Below, one piece after another: positions 40,618 through 54,500 of a stretch of DNA of 63,751 nucleotides. This stretch comes from Paraspadella gotoi (lineage: Eukaryota > Animalia > Chaetognatha). Numbering within the stretch: the stretch's first letter is position 1; each line of letters starts with the position of its first letter. The notes beneath the pieces were generated by a model, which was not told where the DNA came from, ran no database searches, and saw only the letters and a list, made by a program, of their open reading frames with translations. The stretch covers positions 11,172,341 through 11,236,091 of the forward strand of contig CM119271.1 in NCBI GenBank assembly GCA_051294375.1, read 5' to 3'. A program made the position numbers and the translations under genes.

Positions 40618-40805
40618 GCTCCTTCGTCGTCCCCGGCGAAGTGATGACGTTCGGCAACAGGACCGTGAACACGATCACCTTCAGCCCGTCCTTTCTCGAT
40701 CACGCTCAGTCCCTCGCCTGTCTGCTCTCTCACGCCGACTACGTCAACAAATCCGCGGCGCCGATGCCCTCTTGCGGCTACGAGAGACTCGTCGTCAAGT
40801 TTCAG
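40618..40805 (+). CDS. Ig gene exon D: second half of C2-like domain (SFVVPGEVMTFGNRTVNTITFSPSFLDHAQSLACLLSHADYVNKSAAPMPSCGYERLVVKFQ)
   Basis: Acceptor ctcaccccAG| at phase 1 matching exon C; ITF.P...DH...L.C motif typical of CD80-like C2 domains; ends CAG|GCgagt (GC donor) at phase 0. Confidence 0.88.
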
Positions 40806-41775
40806 GCGAGTCCGTCCGTCCGTCCGTCCGTCCAACCGTCTCTCTGTCTGCCTTTCTGTCTGTATTTCTTTCCGTCCACTCAGGTTCAGGTTCGTCTCGA
40901 GGGGAGATCGGTCTGTCTGTCATTCCGTCGGTCTGTCTTTTTCTTTAGTCTTTCTGTCTGTCCACTTTCATGGAAGGTCCTATCTTTCTGTTTTTTCTCT
41001 TAATCTTTCTCTCCATCAGTCCGTTGCTATCTGTCGGTCTCTCTGGCTGTCTTTTTGTTCGTTAGTCTTTCTATCCGTCCACGATTACGACAGCGACAAC
41101 GACGAGGATGACAACGAAGAGGATGACAGAGACGACGATGACAACGAAGAGGATGACAGAAACGTCGATGACAACGAAGAGGATGACAACGACGAGGATG
41201 ACAGAGACGAAAAATGTTGACAAGAGGAATGACGATGATGAAAAATAATTAGAGAAAGATTTCGATCAAAATGACGATGACATACGAAGACAAGAGTGGA
41301 AGGAGGAAGGAGAATGAGGAGGAGAATGAGGAGAATGAGGAGAATGACAAGAATGAGTAACAGGAGAATAAGGAGCAGGAGAATGAGGAGAAGAATGAGG
41401 AGAATTATGAGAAGAATGAGGAGGAGAATGAAGAGCAGGAGAATAAGGAGGAAGGAGAATGAGGAGGAGAATGAGGAGAATGAGGAGTAGGAGAATAAGG
41501 AGAATAATGACGATCCGATTCGTCGCTGTTGACAAAGGAATAGCCAGGACTAAAATGATGATAATAATGAAAGCGACAATGCTGACAACTACCGCATCCC
41601 TCGCCATCGGCCGACATCAAGAACGATGATGACAATGATAATGACAACGACATTGATGATGATGACGACAGCGACAACAACCATAACTCAACAACTGGGA
41701 CCCGAATTTTCGGGGACGACGACGAAGATGACGACGACGACGATTGGCGACGGACGACAACTGACGGGACGACCG

Positions 41776-42135
41776 ACTAAGACACAATCCTCCTTTTCGG
41801 AAAGCGGAGGAAGACGACGACAACGACGACGACGATAAAGATGATGACGACGATGGCGACGAACGACAACGACGACGACGACCTAAGACACAATCCTCCT
41901 TTTCGGAAAGCGGGGAGACGACGACAACGACGAACGACGACGACGATAAAGATGATGACGACGATGGCGACGACGACAACGACGACGACGCGACTAAGAC
42001 ACAATCCTCCTTTTCGGAAAGCGGGGAGCGACGACAACGACGACGACGAAGACGCCATAAGATGATGAGACGTTGGCGACGGACGACAACGACGACGACG
42101 ACTAAGACACAATCCTCCTTTTGGAAAGCGGGGAG
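41776..42135. repeat. Four ~35-bp conserved cores (ctaagacacaatcctccttttcggaaagcgggga) spaced by (GAC)n-like tracts, period ~107-110 bp
   Basis: Cores start near 41776, 41883, 41993 and 42101. Confidence 0.9.
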
Positions 42136-42219
42136 AACGTCAGAATCTCTAGAGAAACTCAGCTGGCAGCCAACCAATTTCGAATCCCCAGTATTACGAG
42201 AATCAAGATTTTATTGTAA

Positions 42220-42281
<62 letters not shown>

Positions 42282-43374
42282 CGGATTCCGAACGTGACAG
42301 TCTTCTCTCTCTCTCTCCGCTTTTCTTTTGAAACAAGAAAAGGAGATTTTAATTTCTAGAATTTTCTTTTCGCTCCCGAGATGAGATATTAAAATACGTT
42401 GAGACCGAAAAAAAGTTGAAGTTTTTGAAATTTGAAATTTTCCTTTTTGACTTGAAGAGTTAAACGTTTGAAATTCAACTATTTTTTTTTTAATGTTCGA
42501 CAGATGGGGAAATAAAAATAGCTACAAATAGCTACAACCGATAAAAAAAAATTATTCTGTGGACGCATATTCATATTCATATTCATATTCATATTCATAT
42601 TCATTATTCAATGAATATGCTATCTTGCCCCGCACTTTTGACTGGCTGTGATAATTAAAGATAATTAAATTGGTGGAACCAATATAAAATTTATCCGTTC
42701 ATTCCATGAATAAGCTATCGTGGCCAAGACCTTGTATCTTTTAGTCTCTTACAGAGTAGTTTATTTAATCCTAAAGAATTGGCTAAGAATAAGTTGATCC
42801 ACATTTTGAAAAATTCCGCCAGAGGTATTCTATCGTTTTTTGGTGGTTAGAAATAAATTTAAAAAAATATACTCAAAAATATACACCAATAAACATTCAA
42901 ATATTCTGATGTCAGACGATTCTAAAATTCCGCCAAAGGCGTTGTATTTTCATGTTCCCGTCTTTTGTTTAGAAATTATTAAAAAACCCAAAAAGAATTC
43001 CGCTAGAGGCCTCTCGCGCGTTTCTCAACGCCTTTTGTTTTCTTTCATATTTTTTTTTTGGGGGGGGGAAATTCTTATATTTAGCTCTAATAATTCTTTT
43101 CTCTTTTCTTCCGCCGCCAAATTCGAGATTCCATTTGTCATAGTTAACGACGCGTCGAAAGAAAGAGACTTTTCACTCGCTCTCACTCTCTCTCTCGCTC
43201 TCTCACTCGTTCTCTCTCATTCTTAGTCTTTCTTTTCCTCACGCCCTCTTCCCTCCATCACTCGACCTTTCTCCTACTTCTCTAGCGAGCTACTCTCCTT
43301 TTTCTCATCGACTCTATCCCTCCGTTCTTTCGTTTATTCTCTATTTATTTTTTACCCGACTATTCCCTTCTTTA

Positions 43375-43491
<117 letters not shown>

Positions 43492-44082
43492 GTCAGAGAG
43501 CCTTGAACAAAACCTTGCAAGGTCCTGCTATGTTATTATCTTGTAAGAGTAACGGAGGCCATAACCATAGCCTGTCCATTGTCCAAAGTCATGAAGGCAA
43601 AAGGGGTTATTGATCGAATGAACTCATAACTCTGACATTGGTTGAATACATTTTTTGACTATATTGTATCATCGCAGAGGCATCGAACCTAAAAGTCGAA
43701 ATTGGTACTACCAATATAAAATTAACCATTTATTCGATAAATGAGCTATCTTGCCCCAGACTTTGCAGGACCCTGCAAGCTTTCAATCATTAATCTCTCA
43801 CTGACTCCTTCATATACCTGGCTTCCCCATCAATGGAGTGTATGAATGAATGTATGAAAAGACCACTCCCTTAGATATTAGATCGAAGAATACTACATAG
43901 TACTCAGCACTATCATCAAGATACAAGAAGCTGAATTTTATTAAATTTGAACGACCCTTCCTCCTCTCCCCACACTCTCTCCCCCACACTCTCTCTCCCC
44001 CACACTCTCTCCCCACTCTCTCTCCCCACTCTCTCTCCCCACACTTTCTCCCCACACTCTCCTTCCACAATTCTACCCACAG

Positions 44083-44201
44083 CCCAAACTCCACTGTCCC
44101 GAACATCAACTCATCGACGCCGAAGCAGAGAGTTACACTGTGTGGTGTTCCGTCTACGCCAATCCAACTGTGCCGAGCCAGAACATCTCCTGGGCCTACA
44201 G
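44083..44201 (+). CDS. Ig gene exon E: first half of Ig domain 3 (PKLHCPEHQLIDAEAESYTVWCSVYANPTVPSQNISWAY)
   Basis: Acceptor ctacccacAG|, donor AG|GTGAGT, 119 nt, phase 0/2; C.V.ANP....ISW motif. Confidence 0.9.
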
Positions 44202-44782
44202 GTGAGTCGAGAGAGAGAGGGGGGGGGAAAGGAAGGGTAAGGAAACGGGTTGAGTTAGTGAGTGAGAGAATAATAACAACGACGACAACGAAGAAGGATT
44301 ATTGGTTCAGGATGGAATGATTAGAAAGAAACAGAGAGCGAGTGAGAGAGAGAGAAAAACTAAGAAAAGAAAAAGAAAGATATGCGCTATATTTGGCATT
44401 GTTTTGCATTCATTGTTTTGACTCACCTTCCTCCTCCTCCTCCTCTTCCTCCTCCGTTAGATGTTTTGTCGCCTCCGTTCATTAATCGATTCTCTCTCTT
44501 TCTTCATGTTTTTTTTTTGTTTTTTGGTCGGTAAAGTTGTTTCGTAGGTAAAACTGTTTTGTCGATAAAAATGTTTTGTTCGTTAAAGTTGTTTTGTTTG
44601 GCAAAATTGATTACATTTTTAATGTTGAGACTTTAATTTTTATTTATTTTTTTTCCCTTTGTTTCGTCCCCCGTTTTCTTATTTGAACTTTATTTTGCCT
44701 TCGCTTAATTAGTTTTACTCTTAATGTTTCATTTCACGACAACAAAGTAAAATTAAAAAAAAAAATTTAAAGATATTTAGTA

Positions 44783-45178
44783 TATCTGCTTTCAGACTTA
44801 TTTTTACAAATGTCGACGATCGAGGTTTCAAAAGTTGTTTATTTATCGAAGTTAAAAATAGGCGAGGACATATAAGCATTAGCAAATTGTTTGTAAACAA
44901 TCCAAATAAACATTAAAATTTTGATTAAACGGTCTTAAAACCGTTTCGACGTCGTAATCTTCGAGGCAACTGAAGAATTTACAAAATTCCAAATCAAACG
45001 TTATCTAAAATAACTCAGATTGCCTCGGCCAACCCTTTTTCCCTCTTCTTCAATTATCCGTCGTCGCGACTCCCGATCGCGAATTTAGGGAAACTTGAAC
45101 AAAGATATTTTCATTCCCAATCGTCGGACGTTGAGCCGTCTCCCCCTACGGTGATGCTTGTGATCACCGATACAATAG
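44783..45178 (-). repeat. Third copy of the ~440 bp dispersed repeat
   Basis: Reverse complement of the 14281-14725 unit, with unrelated flanks. Confidence 0.85.
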
Positions 45179-45485
45179 TATTTACTTTAATTATTAATTC
45201 AAAACTTTTTGTTTTAAACTAAACCTAGTCTTTTCGCATCGAGTTTAGATTAATTAAAGTTAAATTAAAAAGATATTGTCCTTTAAATTAAGGCAAACAT
45301 ATGTCAACTATTAATCTATCTGACAATTTTATTATTCTAGACAAAACTAATATCCTTACTTTAATTTCTAAAATTTTTTCTTCTTCCCCATATGCGTTTT
45401 CCTTTTGCTTCGTCTGATCTCGTTTCCCGTATTAATTCGTCTCCATCTCTCTCTCTCTCTCCTCTCTCTCCTTCGTCTCTCTCTC

Positions 45486-45537
<52 letters not shown>

Positions 45538-45616
45538 TATTTCTTTCCATTCTTCATTCTTCGATTCTTCCTTCGTTATTTTCATTTTCTCCATTTTATT
45601 TCTAATTCGTTCTCCA

Positions 45617-45687
<71 letters not shown>

Positions 45688-46478
45688 CTACTCTTCATCA
45701 CTTTTACCTTCTTTGTTTTTTGTCGTCTTTTTTCCCACCCGCCCACCATTCCGCCGATTTTATTTATCGCGCGATCTTTTGTTTTTCCGTCGCTTTTTTG
45801 TTTTAATTACAAAACAAAAAGGCGACTGTTGTTTTTCCAGGAAGGAAGGAATGAATTTCTTTCGAAAATGGCCTTTCTTCTTTGAAAGCCTCACTTTGAA
45901 AAATTATTTTCTTCAATTCACAATCCAACGTATTTGACATTTACACTGTCGAGTTACAGAATTAGAAACTTCATTTTGATTTTTAAAAATACTAACCGAG
46001 AGCGAAACTCAAAAAAGGATTAACTCTCTTTACTTGAGATTCCATAACATAACATTACATAACATATCATAGCATAACATAAAATAAGATAACGTAACAT
46101 AACGTAACATAACGCCACATGACTTGACAATGGCTTCATATTTGTCACTCTCTCAGTTAATTCTGACGCCGTCTCACGTCGCGAGACGCAACCAGATTAG
46201 TAATCACATTTGGTTCGTCGTTGCCTCACGTCGCCAACAATCATCGTCTTCGCTTCGGCCACGCCCACTTTCGTCGTTAGTCGTTCGCCATTCGCCTTTT
46301 GCCCTTCATGGTTTCCTATTCACAATTCCCTGTAGCCCAATTTGTCATTCACCACTCATCCTTTGCCTTTGGTCGTTCATCATTCAGTACCCCATATACC
46401 ATTCACCGTTCAACATTCACCAGTTCACCGACTACCATTTGTTGTTCGCCGTTCGCCTTCCGCTATTCAGCATTCATT

Positions 46479-46520
46479 GTCTCTCTGGAGGCGTGGGTTC
46501 GAATCCCACCGCTGCCACCA
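46479..46520 (+). pseudogene. 3' half of tRNA-Leu (AAG/TAG type) with encoded CCA; not an intact tRNA gene
   Basis: GTCTCTCTGGAGGCGTGGGTTCGAATCCCACCGCTGCCA+CCA = variable arm, T arm, acceptor 3' strand and CCA; the 5' half is absent. Confidence 0.9.
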
Positions 46521-46835
46521 CATTTAAGTAAGTAGACAGGGATTTCGATATGAAACCAAGGTAGAATTTATTTGTAGAAAACGAACAAGAAGACTGTGTC
46601 AATTTTGGACAGAATACTCTGAATCTCTGATACAAAATCTAAAGCTATTTATACAATACAAGTGGATCAGAGACGTGAGTAAAATTTACAGACGGAGGGA
46701 AGCCCATCCGCCTATTGGCCGGTTCCAATTGGCTCTCGACCAATCAGAGAGCTTGATTCCATTTTTGGTGATTTCTCTTCGAGTCTTTGATCCGGTTCTA
46801 CTCGATTCCAACTTTTGAGTTTCTGTTTCTCCTGT
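46521..46835 (-). mobile_element. LTR-like segment abutting the tRNA-Leu fragment
   Basis: Minus-strand order: CCAAT-box cluster (46714-46748), TATAAATA (46646-46653), AATAAA (46567-46572), then TGGTGGCAGCGGTGGGAT (tRNA-Leu PBS). It interrupts a cattcaccgttcgcc tandem repeat. No clean TG..CA termini are seen. Confidence 0.65.
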
Positions 46836-47066
46836 AATGCGTCATTCACCGTTCGCCGTTCAAGATCCACTGTTCGTCATTCACCGTTCGCCGTTCGCCG
46901 TCCACGGTTCGTCCTTCGTCATTCACCGTTCGCCTTTCGTCTTTTGCCATTCGCCTTTCGTAACGTGTTTTCTGTTATGCAATCAAAGGACCCAATTTTC
47001 TTTATGGTCTCCGCGCGAAGAAATAAGAGAAGGGGGAGAGAAAAAAAAACTTCGGGTGTTCCAAAT

Positions 47067-47135
<69 letters not shown>

Positions 47136-47419
47136 TTGACGTCAATTCGTTTCTTGTTCAGTGTAAGAAAAGAAAAAAAAAATTAAGCATCGCCTTCCCG
47201 ATCGATGTCGTTATCGGCATCTCGCCTGTCGCCTGTCGCCTGCCACAGTCTTTTGCATCGCCTGTAATCAGTTACCGGCGCCTGCTTTTTCTAGGCTATC
47301 CCTTGCCATTGCCGGCGATTTGGTGGCATTACCCTAACATCTGCCTTCTCCGGCCACTCCCCACAATTTTTTCTTCCATCTTCCTGCCATACGCCCCTCA
47401 TCGCTCTGCCATCCTCTGT

Positions 47420-47900
47420 TATCCTCTGTCATGTGCCTGCGACTATGCCATTTTCCTGTCCATCCGATTGTCATCTTCCTGGAAATCTTTGTGCTACCTT
47501 CCTGGCCCTTTTTCTGGTATCTTCATGGCCATTCTCCTGCCATCTTCCCGACGATCTTTCTCCCATCTTCCTGGAAATCTTTCTGCCATCTTCCCGGCAA
47601 TCATTCTGCCATCTTCCTGGCCATTTTTCTGCCATCTTTGTCGCCATTTTTCTGCCATCCTCCTGGCCAGCTTTCTGCCATCTTCCTGGCCATCTTTCTG
47701 GCTATCTTCCCATCCATCTTTCTGCCATCTTCCTTGCCAACCGCCTGCCATCTTCCAGTCCAACTTTCTGCCATCTTCCCGGCCGTCTTCCTGTCCATCA
47801 CCCTGGTCATCTTTCTGCTATTTTCCTGTCCCATCCGCCTGCCATTCTTGGTGGCCATCTTCCTGTCATCCCGCCATCATCTTCCCGCCTTCCTCTCTGC
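47420..47900. repeat. Degenerate 12/24-bp minisatellite (ttctgccatcttcctggcca)
   Basis: Directly visible; it generates stop-free frames on both strands. Confidence 0.85.
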
Positions 47901-48302
47901 CTTGTTTGCCATTTAGCGTAGAAGCCGATACACGCGATAATTGGAGAATTTTTACGAGGAAGAGAAAAACTGGGAAAATAATCCGAGCGAAAAAAAAGAG
48001 AGAGACGGAGTCGTTCGTGTGCGCGAGTGTGTGTGTGTGTGTGTGCGTGTGTGCGTTAACCTATGCTGGTGTGGAAGCGCGTTAATGAAGACGTCATTTT
48101 TTTTCTTTTACGCATCTCATTTTTGTTCGTCGTCGTCGTCATCGTCGTCGTCGTCCGCTTTCGAAAAAAAAAAGTTCTTAAATCAATTAAATCAAACAAA
48201 CTTAATTCAGACTTCGCCAAATAAGTTTTCGACTTTAATTTAACTCTTAAATATGGAATTGAATAAGTCATCATTTATTTATATTTTTCTAATTAGAGGT
48301 GA

Positions 48303-48398
<96 letters not shown>

Positions 48399-49584
48399 GA
48401 GAGAAAGTGAGAGAGAGAGAAGAGAGAAATGTTTTGTTTTTTAAAGGCTTAGAAAAAAACGAAATAATTTCATTCAATATATTCGAATTAGACCTTAAGA
48501 TTGATAAATTGATTTAAGGAAAGTTTAACGAAAAATAATCTAAATAATTTAACCAAGGGATTTCAACAGTTTTTATTTGACTTGAAATTTTGCTTTCGTC
48601 AGTCAGTAAGAAAAGAGTTCGTCTAAAAATAGGTTATGTAACATTTGAATATCAATCATGTGTATAAACATATCTTGATATTAGTATTAGCGAGTAAGTT
48701 GCGAAGTTGCGTTCGAGACTCGAGATTTTCACAAACTCGAATCACAGTTTTCATCGTCAGAGCAAAATGATCTCACCACCTGAGCCGAAACCTCGACGAC
48801 GACGACGACGACGACGAGGATAAAGACGATGACGACGACGACGACAGCAAAGATGACGGCGACGATGAAAAGGATCATGAGAATTTAACGGTTATTCAAA
48901 TGCCTTCTCACGTGTATTTCTCGTGACATGACATGACATGACTTGAATACATGACTACCATAACTTATTAACTTTCTTAGCCCGTGTATTTAAGACATGC
49001 ACTGCATCAGAATTCCGTCTTTTATTCCTTATTGTTTTAGGATTTCCTGAAGGCGGCGCAAGCAGTCCCTTAGATTTGAGGTTTTGTTCTGTCTTAACAA
49101 ATGAGCAACCAACTATAGGCGAATTATATGTATTTCTAATGAAAGTGGGACAGACCGACGGACAGACCGACGGACAGACCGATGGACAGACCGACTGACA
49201 GACCGACTGACAGACCGAGGGACAGACCGACGGACAGACCGAGGGACAGACCGACGGACAGACCGACCGAAAAGTGACCACCCCGTCGACCAAGATGAAC
49301 TCAAAATAAAAAAACGACAAAAAAATTGAGATGACGAAAAATTACGAAAACGACGACGATGACGACAATGATGACAACGGACGACGATGACAATGATGAC
49401 AACGGACGACGATGACAAACGGCGGTGACAATAACGACGACGACGACGACGACGACCATGACGACGACGTAGGTAATGGGCGGCGACGACGAGAAAGAAT
49501 CGTTCACTAACCGTGAAACTTCGCGTTAAAAAAAATTCCATCTGTCCTCAAAGATTGCCTGACGGCGTCGTAAAACTCATTCGA

Positions 49585-49702
<118 letters not shown>

Positions 49703-50311
49703 TTTTTTTCGCTTCACACACAATCACAACCAAACAAGCCGCGTGGTCGAACGGTGAAAATAGAAAAAAAAATATTGTGAGTTTTCCAGTTTTGACTCCG
49801 CGGTCGTTTTAAAGCTTGAAGCTTAAATACTTAAATAAATAAATAAATAAATAAATAATTAATTATTTGTTTTTTATTATTTAATATTATTTATTTTCTA
49901 TTTATTATTTATAATTAATTAATTAAATGAATAGGTAAATAAATAAATAATTTAATTAATTAATAAATAAAAACTTAAAGAAATATATAGTTATTGAAAG
50001 ATAATATAAAGGAAAATTCATTTGGTCAAACGAGTTTATAATTCGAATCAGTCAAATTCTTTCTGAGCAGATGTTTTGCAAATGAAGACCAATCGTGGCA
50101 GACGGTTGCTTCTTGAGAAAATGGCGTAAGAAAATATTTCGTCATGAATCAACATCATCCCGATGGCTGTCGCCGTCATCCTCTTTGTCGTCGTCGTTGT
50201 TGTTGTTGTCGTTGTCATCTTCGTCGTCTTTGTCGTCGTTGTAATCTTTGTGCAGGAGACCGTCGAGGAAAAAAAAAAAGTCGACTAAGAGTAGAAGTAA
50301 TATTACTATAT

Positions 50312-50528
50312 TAGTACTCGCGGAGCGACTCTATAGGGTCACTTTTCGGTCGGTATGTCGGTCCGTCGGTCGGTCGGTATGTCTGTCCGTCAGTCTGTCC
50401 CACTTACATTAAAAATTCTCATAACTTGCTCATTTGTTAAGACAGGAAAAACCTGAAAATCTGTCACGAGAAATACACGTGATAAGGAAGTCACTACGGC
50501 GCAATACATTTGAATTACGGTTCTTGTT
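50312..50528 (+). mobile_element. Helentron/DINE-1-like non-autonomous element with GTCG/GTCY microsatellite; inverted relative at 48885-49279
   Basis: gcgactctata start, (gtcg/gtcc/gtct)n block, end cggcgcaatacatttgaattacggttcttgtt; 48885-49279 carries the same blocks on the minus strand. Confidence 0.55.
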
Positions 50529-50766
50529 TATAAAATCGAATCTATGAATTTGTCGTTGTGTTTGGGGTAGAATTTTGTTTGTTAGAATTTTGTCTCGCGA
50601 AAAAAAAAGAGATTAAAAAGAAAAAGGTTGATAGCTAAAATCATATATGGAAAAAAACAGAAAATTAGGATCCAAGGAAAAAAAAACAGCGGTAAATAAA
50701 AAAATAAGAAATCGAAATCTAAATGAAGAAATGAAAAGAAAAAGTGAATGAAAACCCGAGAAAAAC

Positions 50767-50825
<59 letters not shown>

Positions 50826-50907
50826 AGGAGAGAGAGAGAGAGAGAGAGGAGGCGAGAGTGAAGGAACAAAGCAAAAAAAAGAGAATGTGAAGAAACGTTG
50901 AAAAAGA

Positions 50908-50972
<65 letters not shown>

Positions 50973-51077
50973 GAGAGAAAGGGGAAAAAAATTCTTTCTT
51001 CTTTCCCGCCAAATGGGACGGAAGAAATAAGAGAAATAGAAAAACGGGAACGGGAGAGAGAGAGAGAGGAGAGAGAG

Positions 51078-51108
<31 letters not shown>

Positions 51109-51208
51109 AGGAGAGAGAGAGAGAAAGAAATAAATGACTGCGGGGATGGGGAGTTGCGTTGCCGACAATGCGACGTTTGCCGCCACGTCTCTTCTCTCTC
51201 TCTCCTCT

Positions 51209-51257
<49 letters not shown>

Positions 51258-52051
51258 CTCGCTGCGAATTAAAAGACTGAAGGTGTTTTAAGCCTTTTCA
51301 TTTAGCGGCGTTTTTTTTCTTTTCTTGTTTTTTTTTTTTTTTTTTTTTGCAAAAAGCGCTGCGAAGTCGAAGCGCGCGGGGCTTCATTATGCAAATGAGG
51401 GAGTAAGAAAGATGTGATAAGGAGGGAGGGAGAAAAGAGGAAAGAAAAGAGGAAAGGAAAGGGGAAAATCTCTCTCNNNNNNNNNNNNNNNNNNNNNNNN
51501 NTTGCCAAAAAGCGCTGCCGAAGTCGAAGCGCGCGGGGCTCATATTGCAAATGAGGAGTAAGGAAGAATGGATAAGGAGGCGAGGAAGAAAAAGTTGGAA
51601 AGAAAAGAGGAAAGGAAAGGGGAAAGGAAGAAAGAGAAAAGAAAGAAAAGGAAAGAAAAGGAAGAATAGTAAAAGAAAAAGCAAAAAAAGAAAAAAAGAT
51701 AAGCAAAAGAAAATAAGAAATAAGGGATATGAAAAAAAGAAAGAAAAAAAAAAGAAAAGAAGAAAAGAGAGAGAAGAGAGAGAGAAAGAAAGAGAAAAGG
51801 AAAAGAAAAGAAAAGAAAAGAAAAGAAGAAAAGAAAAGAAAAAGAAAAGAAAAGGAAAAGAAAAGAAAAGAAAAGAATCGAAAAAGATTAATCGAGAAGC
51901 CAAAGAAAAAAAGGCGAAAGATGAAAAAGTAAAAACATGTACGACTTTCTATTGGAAGACTGGAAGAAAGTGAAAATGAGAGAGAGAGAAGAGAGAGAAG
52001 ATAGAGAGGAGGAGAGAGAGAGAGAGAGAGAGAGACGAGAGAGAAGAGAAC

Positions 52052-52082
<31 letters not shown>

Positions 52083-52479
52083 AGAGAGAGAAGAGACGAG
52101 TGATGGAGAGAGAGAGAGAGGAAAGGAAAAAGAGCGAATATCTTTGAATATGCAAATGAGCAAATGACAAGAGTTCGGACGACCAAATCATTGCAGTTGT
52201 TCCCTTTTTTTTCCTTTCCTCCAATCCTCTCTGTGGCTCCTCCTCCTCCTCTTTTCCTCTTACTCCTCATCCTCTCTTCCTCTTACTCCTCCTCATCCTC
52301 TTACAAGCTTTCTCTCCTATCGCACTCTCTCTCTCTTTTCTCTCCCTCTCTCTTTCTCCTCTATTTCCCGCTCCTCATTATCTTCCTCAAAGTCTCGCCT
52401 GTCGTCTACATTCCTGTCCTTACTCTCATCTCATCTCTCTCATCCTCTATTCTCTCGTCTCATCAGGTCTGCTCTCTTC

Positions 52480-52515
<36 letters not shown>

Positions 52516-52737
52516 TCTCTCTCTCATCTCTCGTCGTGCTTTCTCTCTCTCATTCCGCTTCCCTCCCTCCTCCCGTATTCCGCCATGATTGATGGTCCAA
52601 CCAAGAATAGAGATGTTCACGAATGGATTTTTCCCTTTTGTTCCCGATTTTTCTCTCTTTGGTGTAGAAGACGTTACAAGGGGGCGCGCGGCGGAAATAC
52701 TCGGTTTCCGGTGGCGCTCCAATCGCAGACGTCTCTG

Positions 52738-52805
<68 letters not shown>

Positions 52806-53400
52806 ATCTCTCTCTCCCCTTTCGGCGTCTCGTTCTCGCTCTCATTGTCTCTTGTCTTCATTTTTCTTCTCTCCCGAAGCCAGACGAGAGATTTTACGTC
52901 TCCACTCAAATACACAAGAACTTTTTCCGATAAACTAAAAATACTCCTTTCCCCTGACCCCAGTTCTCTCTCCTTGGTCCTTTCCCTTGCTTTTAATTCC
53001 TTGCTCCTGTGCCTTGCCTCCTCTTCTGACTCCTTGCTCCTTAATCCTTCCCCTGACCCCTCCTTACCCTCGTTGCTCCCTGCTGTTTGCCCTCCCCTGC
53101 CCTTTCCATGCTCCTTGCCTTTTTTCCTGCCTCCTTGCTCCTTCCACTGCCCCCTCTTTGCTCTTTGCTTTTTGCTCCTCTCTTCTTCCCCTGCCTCCTT
53201 GCTCCTTTCTCCTTCTCCTACCCCCCTCCCTGCTCCACTACCCCCTTTTCAAACCCCCTCGCTCTCCTTCCCCCAACTCCTACCCACTTCTTCATATTTC
53301 CCGCGCCTTCTTAAAAGTCGAAAAAACTTGGCCCAGACTTTTTCCAGCCTCGGTATTTGATTTTCCTTATTAATTCTTTCTTTTTTTTCTTCTTTTTTTT

Positions 53401-53522
53401 AGTTGCGCCGCCTTGAGAAATTCCTAAAACTAAAAGGAATAAAAGATGGATGTGATCAAAAAGAAATACATGTGAAAATAAAATAACTTCGGCGCAACAC
53501 ATTGGAATTACCGTTCTTGTTT
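53401..53522 (+). mobile_element. Short Helentron/DINE-like element with sub-terminal inverted repeats
   Basis: T-run, then gttgcgccg (53402-53410) ... cggcgcaac (53490-53498), with a 3' tail shared with 50497-50528; T-rich site. Confidence 0.55.
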
Positions 53523-53957
53523 TATCTTGTTCTTAATTTTCCCTAAAGTCATTTTTCTTTTTTTTTTTTCTAATCGCATATTTGTCTACTTTTTCTTTTC
53601 CTTATTATTTGCTCTCCGTATAATAGTAATTATCTTTTATTTCTTCTTTTTATTTTTATCCACCACAAAATAAATAAGCCATCTTGTTCCTGACTTTTGT
53701 GGGCAAAGACTTCCATCCCTCTTACAAAGTAATAGCATAAAAGAACCATGAAGTCAAGACTGTCTCACAATAATATAATAACAATTTAATAACTGCCTCA
53801 TCAATAAAGTGCTATAATCATTTTTTAAACTTAAAGTATCAGATTGAGGAACACCGATCTACTGCGTACCGACATCATAATAGTTAATACAAAGAGGAGA
53901 CTGTTACCAAATTGAATTCATTTTATTTTCCATTTCTCTTCCTAATTCCATTAATAT

Positions 53958-54500
53958 CGGACTTATTTTCCCAGAACGCCCCATTTTATTTTAAATTGTA
54001 AATTATATTAATTTTTTTTATTTAAAAAGTTTGTTGGAGGTTAGAGATAAGGTTAGGGATTAGGTTAGTGATTAAGGAGAGAAAGTTAGTTTGTTATTTT
54101 GGTTAGGGAGTAGTGATTAAGGTTAAGGGTTAAGATTAAAAATTAGTGTTAAGGGTTTAGGGTTAGGGTTCAGGATTAGGTTAAGGTTAGGGATGAAGGT
54201 TAGGGATTGATTTATTAATTTAAGATTAGATATTAAGGTTAAAATTAAATTCTGCCAAAAAAAATAAAGAGAATTATGAGAATTTTAGAAAAGAGAGCAG
54301 AAATGGGGCACTCTCGGAAAAGAGAGCAGAAATGGGGCACTCAGGGAAAAAAAGAGCAGAAATGGGGTATGTCGGAAAAGAGAGCAGAAATAGGGCACTC
54401 AGGGAAAAAGAGAGCAGAAATAGGGCACTCTCGGAAAAGAGAGCAGAAATTGGGCACTCTCGGAAAAGAGAGCAGAAATGGGGCACTATCGGAAAAGAGA
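53958..54500. mobile_element. MITE-like element with degenerate (TTAGG/TTAGGG)n core and right terminus amplified as ~7 x 30-bp tandem units; relatives at ~5088-5260, 33190-33283, 35248-35482, 36844-36985
   Basis: Left end cggacttattttcccagaacgccccattt is an imperfect inverse of the aaatggggcactctcggaaaagag units at 54290-54500; the same terminal motif plus a ggtta-rich core recurs at the other sites. Confidence 0.6.

Noticed and set aside
41776-42135. CRISPR array
   Set aside because: Spacers are ~70 nt, mutually similar (GAC)n tracts; eukaryotic intron; no cas genes or leader.
46479-46520. Functional tRNA-Leu gene
   Set aside because: The 5' acceptor strand, D arm and anticodon arm are missing; encoded CCA points to reverse-transcribed mature tRNA.
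54040-54240. Telomere or chromosome-fusion remnant
   Set aside because: Highly degenerate, short, and recurrently bracketed by the same TE-like termini.
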